The position numbers and the translations under genes are program-made. A DNA stretch of 64,000 nucleotides from Cytophagaceae bacterium UBA6715 (GTDB lineage: Bacteria; Bacteroidota; Bacteroidia; Cytophagales; Spirosomataceae): NCBI GenBank assembly GCA_002454335.1, contig DKIP01000020.1, forward strand, positions 22,101-86,100, read 5' to 3'. The notes under the pieces are model-generated. The model was not told the DNA's origin. It made no database searches and saw only the letters and a list, made by a program, of their open reading frames with translations. Shown here in pieces: positions 33,193-42,367 of this stretch; position 1 is the stretch's first letter; every line of letters starts with the position of its first letter.

Positions 33193-33387
33193 ATGCCAAA
33201 AATTAAAACCAACTCTGGGGCTAAGAAACGCTTCAAAGTAACGGGAACTGGTAAGATTAAGCGTAAACATGCTTTTCACAGCCATATCCTTACTAAAAAA
33301 ACAACGAAACAAAAGCGTAATTTAGTTCACGCTACTTTAGTTTCACCAGCTGATATGGATCGCGTTAACTTAATGTTAGGTCTTTAA
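33193..33387 (+). CDS. rpmI: 50S ribosomal protein L35
   Basis: MPKIKT..GAKKRF...H.LTKK pattern; synteny. Confidence 0.97.
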   Translation: MPKIKTNSGAKKRFKVTGTGKIKRKHAFHSHILTKKTTKQKRNLVHATLVSPADMDRVNLMLGL

Positions 33388-33469
33388 TTATCAGTTTAGT
33401 TATTGTTAAACCAGAAAGAAGGCAAAAAAGTAATCGTAAGGTTCGCCTCATTTCAAAAAACAAAAAATT

Positions 33470-33814
33470 ATGCCAAGAAGTGTCAATCACGTAGCCTCAA
33501 GAGCTAGAAGAAAGAAAATCCTTAAGTTAGCGAAAGGATTTTACGGTCGCGGAAAAAACGTTTGGACTGTAGCAAAAAACAAAGTAGAGAAAGGTTTGCA
33601 GTATGCATACCGCGATCGTAAAGTTAAGAAAAGAGATTTTCGTGGACTTTGGATTCAACGTATCAATGCTGCGGCTCGCCAGGAAGGTATGTCTTATTCA
33701 GCTTTCATGGGTAAATATAATAAGTCTGGTATGGCTTTAAACCGTAAGGTTTTGGCTGATTTGGCCATGAATCATCCAGAAGCTTTTAAAGCAGTTATCA
33801 AAAAACTTGCTTAG
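33470..33814 (+). CDS. rplT: 50S ribosomal protein L20
   Basis: YAYRDRK.KKRDFR.LWI.RINAA and NRKVLADLA motifs. Confidence 0.97.
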   Translation: MPRSVNHVASRARRKKILKLAKGFYGRGKNVWTVAKNKVEKGLQYAYRDRKVKKRDFRGLWIQRINAAARQEGMSYSAFMGKYNKSGMALNRKVLADLAMNHPEAFKAVIKKLA

Positions 33815-33824
33815 TTAGCAAATG

Positions 33825-33855
33825 AAAGTCCCGATTTATTCGGGACTTTTTTTTT
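33825..33855 (+). terminator. Intrinsic terminator after rplT
   Basis: AAAGTCCCGA-tttat-TCGGGACTTT followed by a T-run. Confidence 0.88.
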
Positions 33856-33861
33856 ATCCCC

Positions 33862-33869
33862 TATCTTTG
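33862..33869 (+). promoter_or_regulatory. TAnnTTTG -7 element for the cysteine desulfurase operon
   Basis: TATCTTTG right after the rplT terminator, 18 nt before the TTG at 33888. Confidence 0.6.
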
Positions 33870-33887
33870 TTATCAATTCGTATAACA

Positions 33888-35003
33888 TTGAAAAAACCAA
33901 TTTATTTCGATTACGCTGCCACCACACCCGTTCATGCGGATGTGTTAAAGGCCATGTTGCCGTATTTTTCGGAGGAATTTGGTAATGCAGGCTCTAGCCA
34001 ACATTATTTTGGTTGGGCTGCTGAAGAAGCCATCCAAACGTCAAGAAAAAAAATTAGTTCCTATTTTGGAGTTCAGGCTCGTCAAGTTGTTTTTACTTCG
34101 GGTGCGACAGAGTCCAATAATCTATGTATTCAAGGCTATTTAAAGGATCGCCCCAAAGGTCATCTGATTACTTCGTCGATTGAACACAAAGCAGTTTTAC
34201 AGGTTTTTCAAGAATTAGCGCATCAGGGTTGGTCTGTCACTTACCTTCAACCTAATCCTTCGGGGTGTATAGAGGTTTCTGAAGTTGAACAAGCCATTCG
34301 TCCTGATACCGCGTTGATTTCTTTGATGATGGTCAATAATGAAACGGGGAATTTGACGGATTTTCAAAGTATATCTCAACTTTGTAAGCAATCCAACATT
34401 ATTTTTCATTCAGATGCTACACAAGCAATAGGGAAACTGGATTTGACGCAATATGCTCATTTACCAGACTTGTTAAGTTTTTCTGGACATAAAATTTATG
34501 GCCCTAAAGGTATTGGTGGGATAATATTATATTCAAATGTAGCATTAAAACCCTTATCGTTTGGAGGTGGACAAGAACGTGGTTTAAGGCCCGGTACTTT
34601 ACCTGTCCAACAAATCGTTGCTTTGGCTGCCTGTTTCGACATACTACCTTTATTAATTGAAAGTTTAGAGCAGATTTCTGCTTATAAATCTAGGATTGTA
34701 AAAGGGTTGCACAGTGAATTTGTACTTAATTCCGCCGAAAATCAGTCTGTACCTCATATTTTAAGTATTTCTATTCCTAACATGGATTGGGAAGACTTAT
34801 ACCGTAAAATCCCTGCGATAGCAGTTTCGAATGGTTCAGCGTGCAATGCTAAATCGCAATTACCTTCCCATGTCATGAAGGCCGTAGGTCATTCAGATAC
34901 ATTAGCTTTGTCGACGCTTCGTATTTCGTTAAGTTATTTAACACAAGAATCAGATGTGGATTTTTTAATTGATTATTTAAACAAACAATTGTTTGATCGA
35001 TGA
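33888..35003 (+). CDS. Cysteine desulfurase, IscS/NifS group I
   Basis: YFDYAATTP, FTSGATESNN, SGHKIYGPKG and SNGSAC motifs. Start moved to TTG 33888 because the ORF-track start lies inside the terminator. Confidence 0.9.
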   Translation: MKKPIYFDYAATTPVHADVLKAMLPYFSEEFGNAGSSQHYFGWAAEEAIQTSRKKISSYFGVQARQVVFTSGATESNNLCIQGYLKDRPKGHLITSSIEHKAVLQVFQELAHQGWSVTYLQPNPSGCIEVSEVEQAIRPDTALISLMMVNNETGNLTDFQSISQLCKQSNIIFHSDATQAIGKLDLTQYAHLPDLLSFSGHKIYGPKGIGGIILYSNVALKPLSFGGGQERGLRPGTLPVQQIVALAACFDILPLLIESLEQISAYKSRIVKGLHSEFVLNSAENQSVPHILSISIPNMDWEDLYRKIPAIAVSNGSACNAKSQLPSHVMKAVGHSDTLALSTLRISLSYLTQESDVDFLIDYLNKQLFDR

Positions 35004-35962
35004 AGGAATTATTAGTCATTTTAGCGCAATTAGAATCTCTTTTAGCATCAGGCGAAGCAATTGCCTTGGCTACTGTTATTCATGTGGATGGCTCCGCCTA
35101 TCGTAGACCTGGTGCGCGTATGTTGATTGATTCCCATGGAAATTGGTGGGGAGGCATTAGTGGCGGTTGTTTAGAAGGTGATTTGTTAAAGAAGGCGCAA
35201 TTGGCAATGCACCAACAAGCCATCAAACGAATTACCTACGATACACGCGAAGATGATCCATTTCAATTAGGCATTGGGTTGGGTTGTCAAGGATTAATCG
35301 AAATTATTATCGATCCCATTCGAGCTAATATTGAACAAACATTTACTTTATTGAAATCCATTATTGATTCTGGGAAAGCTCAATTTATCCAAACGGTTTG
35401 GAATGAATCGGAATTCTCGATGCAAGCAGTGGAAGATGCTATTATTGGTTGGGAAGATGTAACACAGACATTTACAGAATATTTACCAGCCAGAACACGT
35501 ATTTGGGTTATCGGTAATCAATTTGATGCCTGTAGCCTGATTGAATTATGTTTGTCCTTAGCTTGGGAAGTTCATTGGGTGGGTAATACGAATAAAATGC
35601 GCAAGGATGTACAGCTGCGAGTTCGCGCATGTTATGATTGGGAACAAGTCCATGGATTACAGACAAGTGATTGCTTGGTATTGATGACGCATGATTTTGA
35701 TCGTGATGTGTCTTTCTTGAATCGATATATCGCAGATCAGTCTTTTCATTACATCGGAATACTTGGTCCAAGCAAACGCTTTGATCGTTTGAAAAAACAA
35801 TTGCAATACAATTTGGTTTCGGATATATCCACACCAGTTGGTTTAGATATTGGAGCTGAAGGACCTGATGAAATAGCAATTGCAGTCGTGGCTGAAATTT
35901 TGGCCCATCAAAACAAGCGGAATGGCCAACGGTTAAAATTTAGATCAACAACAATACATTAA
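35000..35962 (+). CDS. XdhC/CoxI family molybdenum-cofactor maturation protein
   Basis: GSAYRRPGARM, ISGGCLE, GLGCQG, MTHD, YIGILG and PVGLDIGAEGP.EIA motifs. Confidence 0.9.
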   Translation: MKELLVILAQLESLLASGEAIALATVIHVDGSAYRRPGARMLIDSHGNWWGGISGGCLEGDLLKKAQLAMHQQAIKRITYDTREDDPFQLGIGLGCQGLIEIIIDPIRANIEQTFTLLKSIIDSGKAQFIQTVWNESEFSMQAVEDAIIGWEDVTQTFTEYLPARTRIWVIGNQFDACSLIELCLSLAWEVHWVGNTNKMRKDVQLRVRACYDWEQVHGLQTSDCLVLMTHDFDRDVSFLNRYIADQSFHYIGILGPSKRFDRLKKQLQYNLVSDISTPVGLDIGAEGPDEIAIAVVAEILAHQNKRNGQRLKFRSTTIH

Positions 35963-35963
35963 C

Positions 35964-36725
35964 ATGAGTCAAATTAACAGCCTAAGAGAACAAATAAAAC
36001 CTTACCAACAAGCACTTTACGATCATCTCATTAATTCGTTTATTCAATCTCCTGCAGAATTAGCTGTATTTATGCAGCATCATGTATTTGCAGTTTGGGA
36101 TTTTATGTCACTTGTCAAAAAGCTTCAAGCAGAATTGACTTGCGTTTCGCAGCCTTGGGTACCTAAAGGTTCTGCAGAGACCCGGTTTTTAATTAACGAA
36201 ATTGTTTTAGGTGAGGAATCTGATGTGGATCAACATGGCGTGGTCATAAGTCATTTTGAATTGTATTTGCGTGCGATGCAAGAACTATCGATTGAGCCCT
36301 CTCCTATTTTAAATCATTTATTGCAGGCTCAATCGTTAGTTGAGATACTTCAAAAAGTAGCCAATGCAAATTTAGCGCCATCAGTTAAGCAATTTTTGCG
36401 TTTCACGTTCGAATCCATTGCCAATCGACCTATTGAGGAGATAGCGGCTATTTTTACGTTTGGACGGGAAGATTTAATACCAGGTATGTTTCAGTTGATC
36501 GTTGATCAGTTAAAAAAAGATGCTCCTGAGCAAGTTGGAACCCTAGTTTATTACTTAGAGCGACACATCGAGGTGGATGGAGATCATCATAGCCAATTGG
36601 CTTACCGCATGATGGAGGAATTATGCGGCAAAGATACAGTTAAATGGCAAAGGGCGACCCAAGCGGCGATTGAGTCCTTGAAAGTTCGTAAAGTTTTATG
36701 GGATGGGATTGTTGGGGAGAGGTAA
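35964..36725 (+). CDS. DUF3050 family heme-oxygenase-like (probable diiron) protein
   Basis: HVFAVWDFMSL, INEIVLGEESD, SHFELYL, FGREDLIP and YLERHIEVDGDHH motifs. Confidence 0.85.
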   Translation: MSQINSLREQIKPYQQALYDHLINSFIQSPAELAVFMQHHVFAVWDFMSLVKKLQAELTCVSQPWVPKGSAETRFLINEIVLGEESDVDQHGVVISHFELYLRAMQELSIEPSPILNHLLQAQSLVEILQKVANANLAPSVKQFLRFTFESIANRPIEEIAAIFTFGREDLIPGMFQLIVDQLKKDAPEQVGTLVYYLERHIEVDGDHHSQLAYRMMEELCGKDTVKWQRATQAAIESLKVRKVLWDGIVGER

Positions 36726-36736
36726 GAGTTAAGAGT
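36723..36736 (+). repeat. Two copies of heptamer TAAGAGT starting at the DUF3050 stop codon
   Basis: TAAGAGT-TAAGAGT; same unit as the array at 57190-57241 read on the coding strand. Confidence 0.5.
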
Positions 36737-36858
36737 GAAGAAGTCTATTTATTAGTCCCGCGGTGAAATAATTGATTATGTAGCCTAAAACGTTTGGCTA
36801 AGGCGCCCAAATCTAAATTTTAAGTTTACGAGGTTCTGATAACTCATTTTAGTTTTTG

Positions 36859-36891
36859 AAAAAAAAGCCCGATCTGTGAGGATCGGGCTTT
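36859..36891 (-). terminator. Intrinsic terminator of dnaK (possibly bidirectional)
   Basis: AAAGCCCGATC-tgtgag-GATCGGGCTTT preceded by an A-run, which is a U-run on the minus strand. Confidence 0.85.
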
Positions 36892-36907
36892 AGATTTGTT
36901 AATCAGT

Positions 36908-38794
36908 TTATTTTACTTCTTCGAAAGATACATCTTCCGCACCACCATCTGCCGAAGCATCTGTTGGTTGAGCACCTTCCCCACCTTCCGTAGCTCCTGC
37001 TGCGTACATTTCTTGAGAAGCAGCTGTCCATGCAGCGTTCAATTTCTCTAATCCTGCATCGATTGCAGCTACATCTTGTGAAGCGTGTGCAGCTTTCAAT
37101 TCGGTTAATGCAGATTCGATTGCTGTTTTGTTGCCTTCTGATAATTTCTCACCGTATTCTTTCAATTGCTTGTCAGATTGGAAAATCAAAGCATCAGCTT
37201 GGTTGATTTTCTCTACACGCTCTTTTTCTAATTTATCAGATGCTTCATTTGCTTTTGCCTCATTACGCATTTTTTCGATGTCCTCATCTGTTAAGCCACT
37301 TGAAGCCTCGATACGAATTTTTTGTTCTTTTCCAGTTCCTTTATCTTTCGCAGAAACGTTCAGGATACCATTTGCATCAATGTCAAATGTAACTTCGATT
37401 TGAGGTACACCGCGTTGTGCTGGTGGTAAACCATCTAAGTGGAATCGTCCTAATGAACGGTTATCCTTTGCCATGGGACGCTCACCTTGTAAAACATTTA
37501 GTTCTACAGATGGTTGGTTATCCGCTGCTGTTGAGAATACCTCTGATTTCTTCGTTGGAATGGTCGTATTTGCCTCAATCAATTTAGTAAATACCCCTCC
37601 CATCGTTTCGATACCTAACGATAATGGAGTAACGTCTAGTAATAAGACATCTTTCACTTCACCTGTCAATACACCCCCTTGAATGGCAGCACCAATCGCA
37701 ACTACCTCATCTGGATTAACTCCTTTTGAAGGCTTTTTGCCAAAGAATTTCTCTACTTCTTCTTGAATACGTGGGATACGAGTGGATCCCCCTACCAAGA
37801 TTACTTCATCGATATCTGAATTCGTATAACCCGCATTCTTCATCGCACGCTTGCAAGGTTCCAAAGTACGTTGGATCAAGCTATCAGCTAATTGCTCGAA
37901 TTTAGCGCGTGTTAATGATCGAACTAAGTGTTTTGGAATACCGTCAACAGGCATGATGTATGGTAAGTTGATTTCAGTAGATGCTCCCGAACTCAATTCG
38001 ATTTTCGCTTTTTCAGCAGCTTCCTTCAAACGTTGTAAAGCCATTGGGTCTTTACGTAAATCGATGTTTTCGTCTGCGATGAATTCTTCTGCCAACCAGT
38101 TGATGATTACTTGGTCAAAGTCATCACCACCTAAGTGCGTATCTCCATCTGTTGATTTCACTTCAAACACGCCATCGCCTAATTCAAGGATCGATACGTC
38201 AAATGTACCACCACCTAAGTCGAATACCGCGATTTTCATATCCTTACCACCTTTGTCTACACCATAGGCTAGTGCTGCAGCGGTAGGTTCGTTGATGATA
38301 CGCTTTACTTCCAAACCTGCGATTTGACCCGCTTCTTTGGTTGCCTGACGTTCTGCATCATTGAAATAGGCAGGTACCGTAATAACGGCTTCTGTAACTG
38401 TTTGGCCGATGTAATCTTCAGCCGTCTGCTTCATTTTTGTTAAAATCTGCGCAGAGATTTCTTGAGGTGTATATAAACGATCACCGATGCGTACACGTGG
38501 TGTGTCGTTATTCCCTTGTTCTACTTGATATGAAATGGTCTTTAATTCTGAACTCACTTCAGAAAACTTTTTCCCCATAAAACGCTTTACAGACGAAATC
38601 GTGTTTTGAGGATTTGTAATGGCTTGTCTTTTGGCAGGATCCCCCACTTTACGCTCGCCATTTTCCAAAAATGCTACAATGGATGGAGTCGTTCTTCTTC
38701 CTTCTGAGTTAGCGATAACCACTGCCTCATTTCCTTCCATTACCGCCACACATGAGTTGGTGGTACCTAAGTCAATTCCAATAATTTTTCCCAT
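36908..38794 (-). CDS. dnaK: Chaperone DnaK (Hsp70)
   Basis: [25 protein letters not shown] and [10 protein letters not shown] motifs. Confidence 0.98.
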   Translation of the reverse strand: MGKIIGIDLGTTNSCVAVMEGNEAVVIANSEGRRTTPSIVAFLENGERKVGDPAKRQAITNPQNTISSVKRFMGKKFSEVSSELKTISYQVEQGNNDTPRVRIGDRLYTPQEISAQILTKMKQTAEDYIGQTVTEAVITVPAYFNDAERQATKEAGQIAGLEVKRIINEPTAAALAYGVDKGGKDMKIAVFDLGGGTFDVSILELGDGVFEVKSTDGDTHLGGDDFDQVIINWLAEEFIADENIDLRKDPMALQRLKEAAEKAKIELSSGASTEINLPYIMPVDGIPKHLVRSLTRAKFEQLADSLIQRTLEPCKRAMKNAGYTNSDIDEVILVGGSTRIPRIQEEVEKFFGKKPSKGVNPDEVVAIGAAIQGGVLTGEVKDVLLLDVTPLSLGIETMGGVFTKLIEANTTIPTKKSEVFSTAADNQPSVELNVLQGERPMAKDNRSLGRFHLDGLPPAQRGVPQIEVTFDIDANGILNVSAKDKGTGKEQKIRIEASSGLTDEDIEKMRNEAKANEASDKLEKERVEKINQADALIFQSDKQLKEYGEKLSEGNKTAIESALTELKAAHASQDVAAIDAGLEKLNAAWTAASQEMYAAGATEGGEGAQPTDASADGGAEDVSFEEVK

Positions 38795-38824
38795 GATATT
38801 TTTAATTATTTTTTCTCCCTTTAA

Positions 38825-38876
38825 TACAAGGATAATGCCATGAGATTGCCAACTGACAGTTTATGACATATTGTCA
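38825..38876 (-). promoter_or_regulatory. Candidate sigma54-type -24/-12 promoter and TG(A/C/T)CA repeat cluster upstream of dnaK
   Basis: Minus strand TGGCAttatccTTGta (38840-38825); palindrome TGACA-tat-TGTCA at 38864-38876. Confidence 0.45.
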
Positions 38877-38952
38877 CTTTTAAATATTATTCGATTAATT
38901 TCGTCAGTAAATATGGCTTTAATGTATCTTTACGAATCTAAATGCGAACAAA

Positions 38953-39948
38953 ATGTCAACAGCAAACGATTTTACTTGGGTAGAAGGTTCGGAGCCGCAT
39001 CGCAAACGAACGCGCGAAATTATCAAAAAGCATCCTGAGGTTAAAAAACTGATTGGAAAGAATCCGATGACTTTTTTATGGATACTTGTTTGTGTTGGAA
39101 TGCAAATCACGATCGCCTATTATATAAAAGATGAATCTTGGGCTTGGATTATTGGAGTTGCCTGGTTGGTAGGTGCATTTCCTACCCATACCTTATTTGT
39201 TTGCATTCACGAATCTGCGCACAATTTGATTTTTAAAAAGAATTGGATGAATGTTGCAGCGGGTATTATTGCAAACTTTCCCTCTTTGGCCCCTACAGCA
39301 ATTTCATTTAAAAATTATCACTTAAAGCATCATGCTTTTCAAGGTGTTCATGAATTAGATGCAGATTTGCCTGATTATTGGGAAGCTAAATTGATCAATA
39401 ATTTTTTTATTGGAAAAGTACTTTGGTTGATGCTTTATCCTTTTTTCCAAGGTTTTCGTACTATTCGTTGTATTGAATTAGCTGTTTTTGATCGTGGTGT
39501 TATTCTCAATATTATTGCGCAATTGGCTTTTGATTTTGCCATTGTTTATTTCTGGGGATGGCCTGCCCTTGCCTATTTAGGTTTAAGTTTCTTGTTTTCG
39601 GTAGGTTTACATCCTTTAGGAGCGCGTTGGATTCAAGAGCATTATCTAGTGTTGGATAAAAATCAAGAGACTTATAGTTATTATGGACCGTTGAACGGCA
39701 TTAACATGAATGTAGGTTACCATAATGAGCACCATGATATGCCTTCTATTCCTTGGAATAATTTACCTAAATTGAAATCGGTAGCTCCTGAGTTTTATGA
39801 GAACTTAAAATACCATACATCTTTTGTGAAGCTATTGTTCACCTTTATCTTTTCGCAAGAAATTGGATTGTATTCGCGTATTGCTCGGAAAGAACGAGCT
39901 GGCATCCCGTTAACCGATCGGTCTACGCCCGATATTGATATGGTATAA
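38953..39948 (+). CDS. Sphingolipid delta-4 desaturase/C4-hydroxylase-like (DEGS1-type) membrane desaturase
   Basis: N-terminal DFTWV..EPH..R.REI.KKHPEV (Lipid_DES-like), His boxes HESAH, HLKHH and HNEHH, and ETYSYYGPLN. Confidence 0.85.
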   Translation: MSTANDFTWVEGSEPHRKRTREIIKKHPEVKKLIGKNPMTFLWILVCVGMQITIAYYIKDESWAWIIGVAWLVGAFPTHTLFVCIHESAHNLIFKKNWMNVAAGIIANFPSLAPTAISFKNYHLKHHAFQGVHELDADLPDYWEAKLINNFFIGKVLWLMLYPFFQGFRTIRCIELAVFDRGVILNIIAQLAFDFAIVYFWGWPALAYLGLSFLFSVGLHPLGARWIQEHYLVLDKNQETYSYYGPLNGINMNVGYHNEHHDMPSIPWNNLPKLKSVAPEFYENLKYHTSFVKLLFTFIFSQEIGLYSRIARKERAGIPLTDRSTPDIDMV

Positions 39949-39952
39949 AAGA

Positions 39953-39978
39953 AAAGGTCAGCTGTGAGGCTGACCTTT
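39953..39978. terminator. Terminator between the convergent desaturase and GH65 genes
   Basis: AAAGGTCAGC-tgtgag-GCTGACCTTT perfect stem. Confidence 0.8.
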
Positions 39979-39986
39979 ATTATTTA

Positions 39987-42287
39987 TTAGATGGCTTGTT
40001 TATTATTCGCAGCAATCGTGTAAGGTTTTCCTTTTACTTTTAGCGTTATTGGCGTATCTGATAAATTATCAATTTCAATGCCTTGCTTATGAATCTTGAT
40101 GGCTAATTGATTTGCGCGGAAATTAATTTTAAACGCGTATTCATCCCATTGTTTAGGTAAGAATGGCTCAAAGTTTAATTGATGATCTTGGATCGTCATT
40201 CCGCCAAACCCTTTGACAATCGACATCCATGTTCCAGCCATACTCGTAATGTGGCATCCATCTTCGGTATCGTTATTGTAATCATCTAAATCTAATCGAG
40301 CCGCTCGGGTATAGAACTCATAAGATTTTTCTTCTTTACCTAATTTGGCCGCTAAGATGTTGTGAACACATGGGCTCAACGATGATTCGTGAACCGTTAA
40401 TGGCTCGTAAAAATCATAATTACGCTCGATTTCTTCTTTTGTAAAATCATTTTCAAAGAAATACATGCCTTGCAACACATCGGCTTGCTTGATGTAACAA
40501 GAACGTAAAATACGATCCCAAGACCAATTTTGATTGATTGGTCTTTGACCCGCTGGAATTGAATCCACTGGTGCGATAACTTTATCTAAAAATCCATCTT
40601 GCTGTAAGTAGATTCCACGTTTTTCATCGCGTGGGAAATACATGTTTTGAATGATGTGATTGAATTGTTCAATTTCAGTCGTTACGAAATTGGTCTTCGC
40701 TAATTTTTCTTTTGCCTCTGCTGGATAATTAGCCTGAATTTCTGCTAATACTTCGAGCGTATATTTCAAACACCAAACGGCAAAGTAATTTGTGTAGAAA
40801 TTGTTATTGACATTGTTCTCGTATTCGTTTGGCCCTGTTACGCCTAGCATAACGTATTTTTGAAGGTTCTCCGACCAGTTGACGCGCTGTGCCCAGAAAC
40901 GAGAAATACCGATTAAAACTTCCCAACCGTATTCCACTAAATGTTTTCGATCATTTGTATAATCTACATAATCCTTAATCGCATAGGCGATGGCACCATT
41001 CCGGTGAATTTCTTCAAATGTGATTTCCCACTCATTGTGGCATTCTTCGCCGTTCATCGTAACCATGGGATATAAGGCTGCTCCTTGGTTGAATCCAAGT
41101 TTACCCGCATTTTCAATGGCACGATCAAGTTGCTTCCAACGGTAAATCAACAGATTTTTAGAAACCTCCTGTGGGGCAGTTGACAGATAGAAAGGAATAC
41201 AATATGCTTCCGTATCCCAATAGGTAGAACCGCCGTATTTTTCACCAGTGAATCCTTTGGGACCAATGTTTAAGCGATCATCTGCCCCTGTATAGGTTTG
41301 ATTCAATTGGAATATATTAAACCGAATACCTTGTTGGGCCGAAACATCACCCTTGATAATAATATCATTAATTGCCCATTTGGCAGCCCAAGCAGCAGCT
41401 TGCTCGGATAACATTTGTTCAAAACCTTTATGGCTTATTTTCGCCAAATAGTTTTGGGCTCTTGATAACAACTCAGCGCTTGGGTGATTTTCTGAACTTA
41501 AGTTTACAGCATACTTGAAGATTGTGAGTGTATCTCCCTCATTGATAGGAATTTGGTAATTGAGCTCACTATATTTTTCACGTGTACCCGTCTGAGCATT
41601 TGCTTGAATTAAATTTCCATTTAACTGCAATTGAACTTGTTGGCCAGTTACTACCTCAAATCCAGTTTTCTTTGTTTTAGACCATACGTATGAGGTATTT
41701 TCTTGGGCCCCTACTTGAACTTCATCCCAGAATTTTTCATCGTAGTTGGAATCTTTGTTTTTGATATCTCCATCAACGAAAGCTTTAACCTGAATAGTAT
41801 CTGAGAAATTTAAGGCTTTGATGCTAAATGATATAGCACCCGACTCATCATCCGCCATGCTGTTTAAGCGAATAGATTTTATCTCAATGGACTTCCCTGA
41901 CTTTAAAGTAATGGAACATGTGCGAAGGATATAGCCCTCTTTCATATTCAATTCACGGTAAAATGCATTTATTGTACTTTGGTTTAAATCAACGATTTCA
42001 TCGCCAATTTTGATTTCTAAACCATTCCAGTTAGCAGCATTTAATACTTTCGCGAAATATTCTGGATATCCATTTTTCCACCAGCCTACGCGAGTTTTAT
42101 CTGGATAGTAGACGCCTGCAACATAGTTTCCTTGTAGGGATTTGCCTGTGTAAGTTTCTTCAAATGAACCTCTTTGTCCCATTCGACCATTTCCTAAAGA
42201 AAAGATGGATTCGGTGATTTCGTTAAATTCAGGATGGAATTGATCTTCGATGATTTTCCATTCATCTAATTTTAGATATTGTTTCAT
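39987..42287 (-). CDS. GH65 maltose phosphorylase
   Basis: ESIFSLGNG, GPKGFTGEKYGG..YWDTE, GPNEYE, KQAD and HESSLS motifs; next to pgmB. Confidence 0.92.
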   Translation of the reverse strand: MKQYLKLDEWKIIEDQFHPEFNEITESIFSLGNGRMGQRGSFEETYTGKSLQGNYVAGVYYPDKTRVGWWKNGYPEYFAKVLNAANWNGLEIKIGDEIVDLNQSTINAFYRELNMKEGYILRTCSITLKSGKSIEIKSIRLNSMADDESGAISFSIKALNFSDTIQVKAFVDGDIKNKDSNYDEKFWDEVQVGAQENTSYVWSKTKKTGFEVVTGQQVQLQLNGNLIQANAQTGTREKYSELNYQIPINEGDTLTIFKYAVNLSSENHPSAELLSRAQNYLAKISHKGFEQMLSEQAAAWAAKWAINDIIIKGDVSAQQGIRFNIFQLNQTYTGADDRLNIGPKGFTGEKYGGSTYWDTEAYCIPFYLSTAPQEVSKNLLIYRWKQLDRAIENAGKLGFNQGAALYPMVTMNGEECHNEWEITFEEIHRNGAIAYAIKDYVDYTNDRKHLVEYGWEVLIGISRFWAQRVNWSENLQKYVMLGVTGPNEYENNVNNNFYTNYFAVWCLKYTLEVLAEIQANYPAEAKEKLAKTNFVTTEIEQFNHIIQNMYFPRDEKRGIYLQQDGFLDKVIAPVDSIPAGQRPINQNWSWDRILRSCYIKQADVLQGMYFFENDFTKEEIERNYDFYEPLTVHESSLSPCVHNILAAKLGKEEKSYEFYTRAARLDLDDYNNDTEDGCHITSMAGTWMSIVKGFGGMTIQDHQLNFEPFLPKQWDEYAFKINFRANQLAIKIHKQGIEIDNLSDTPITLKVKGKPYTIAANNKQAI

Positions 42288-42313
42288 GGGACTATTAGGT
42301 GATAATTTGAATC

Positions 42314-42349
42314 AATTACAAAAATAGAATTTTGTCAGTTTTTGTAATT
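42314..42349. promoter_or_regulatory. 11-bp perfect inverted repeat overlapping a minus-strand TATTTTTG promoter element
   Basis: AATTACAAAAA-N14-TTTTTGTAATT in the pgmB/GH65 spacer. Confidence 0.5.
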
Positions 42350-42367
42350 TCTGTGCTACGCTGTTTC

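Noticed and set aside
33822-33887. N-terminal extension of the cysteine desulfurase
   Set aside because: It runs through the rplT terminator and a promoter motif; TTG 33888 fits the family N-terminus.
37128-38843. Several plus-strand ORFs antisense to dnaK
   Set aside because: Antisense shadow ORFs are typical of highly expressed genes with biased codon usage; they have no coding motifs.
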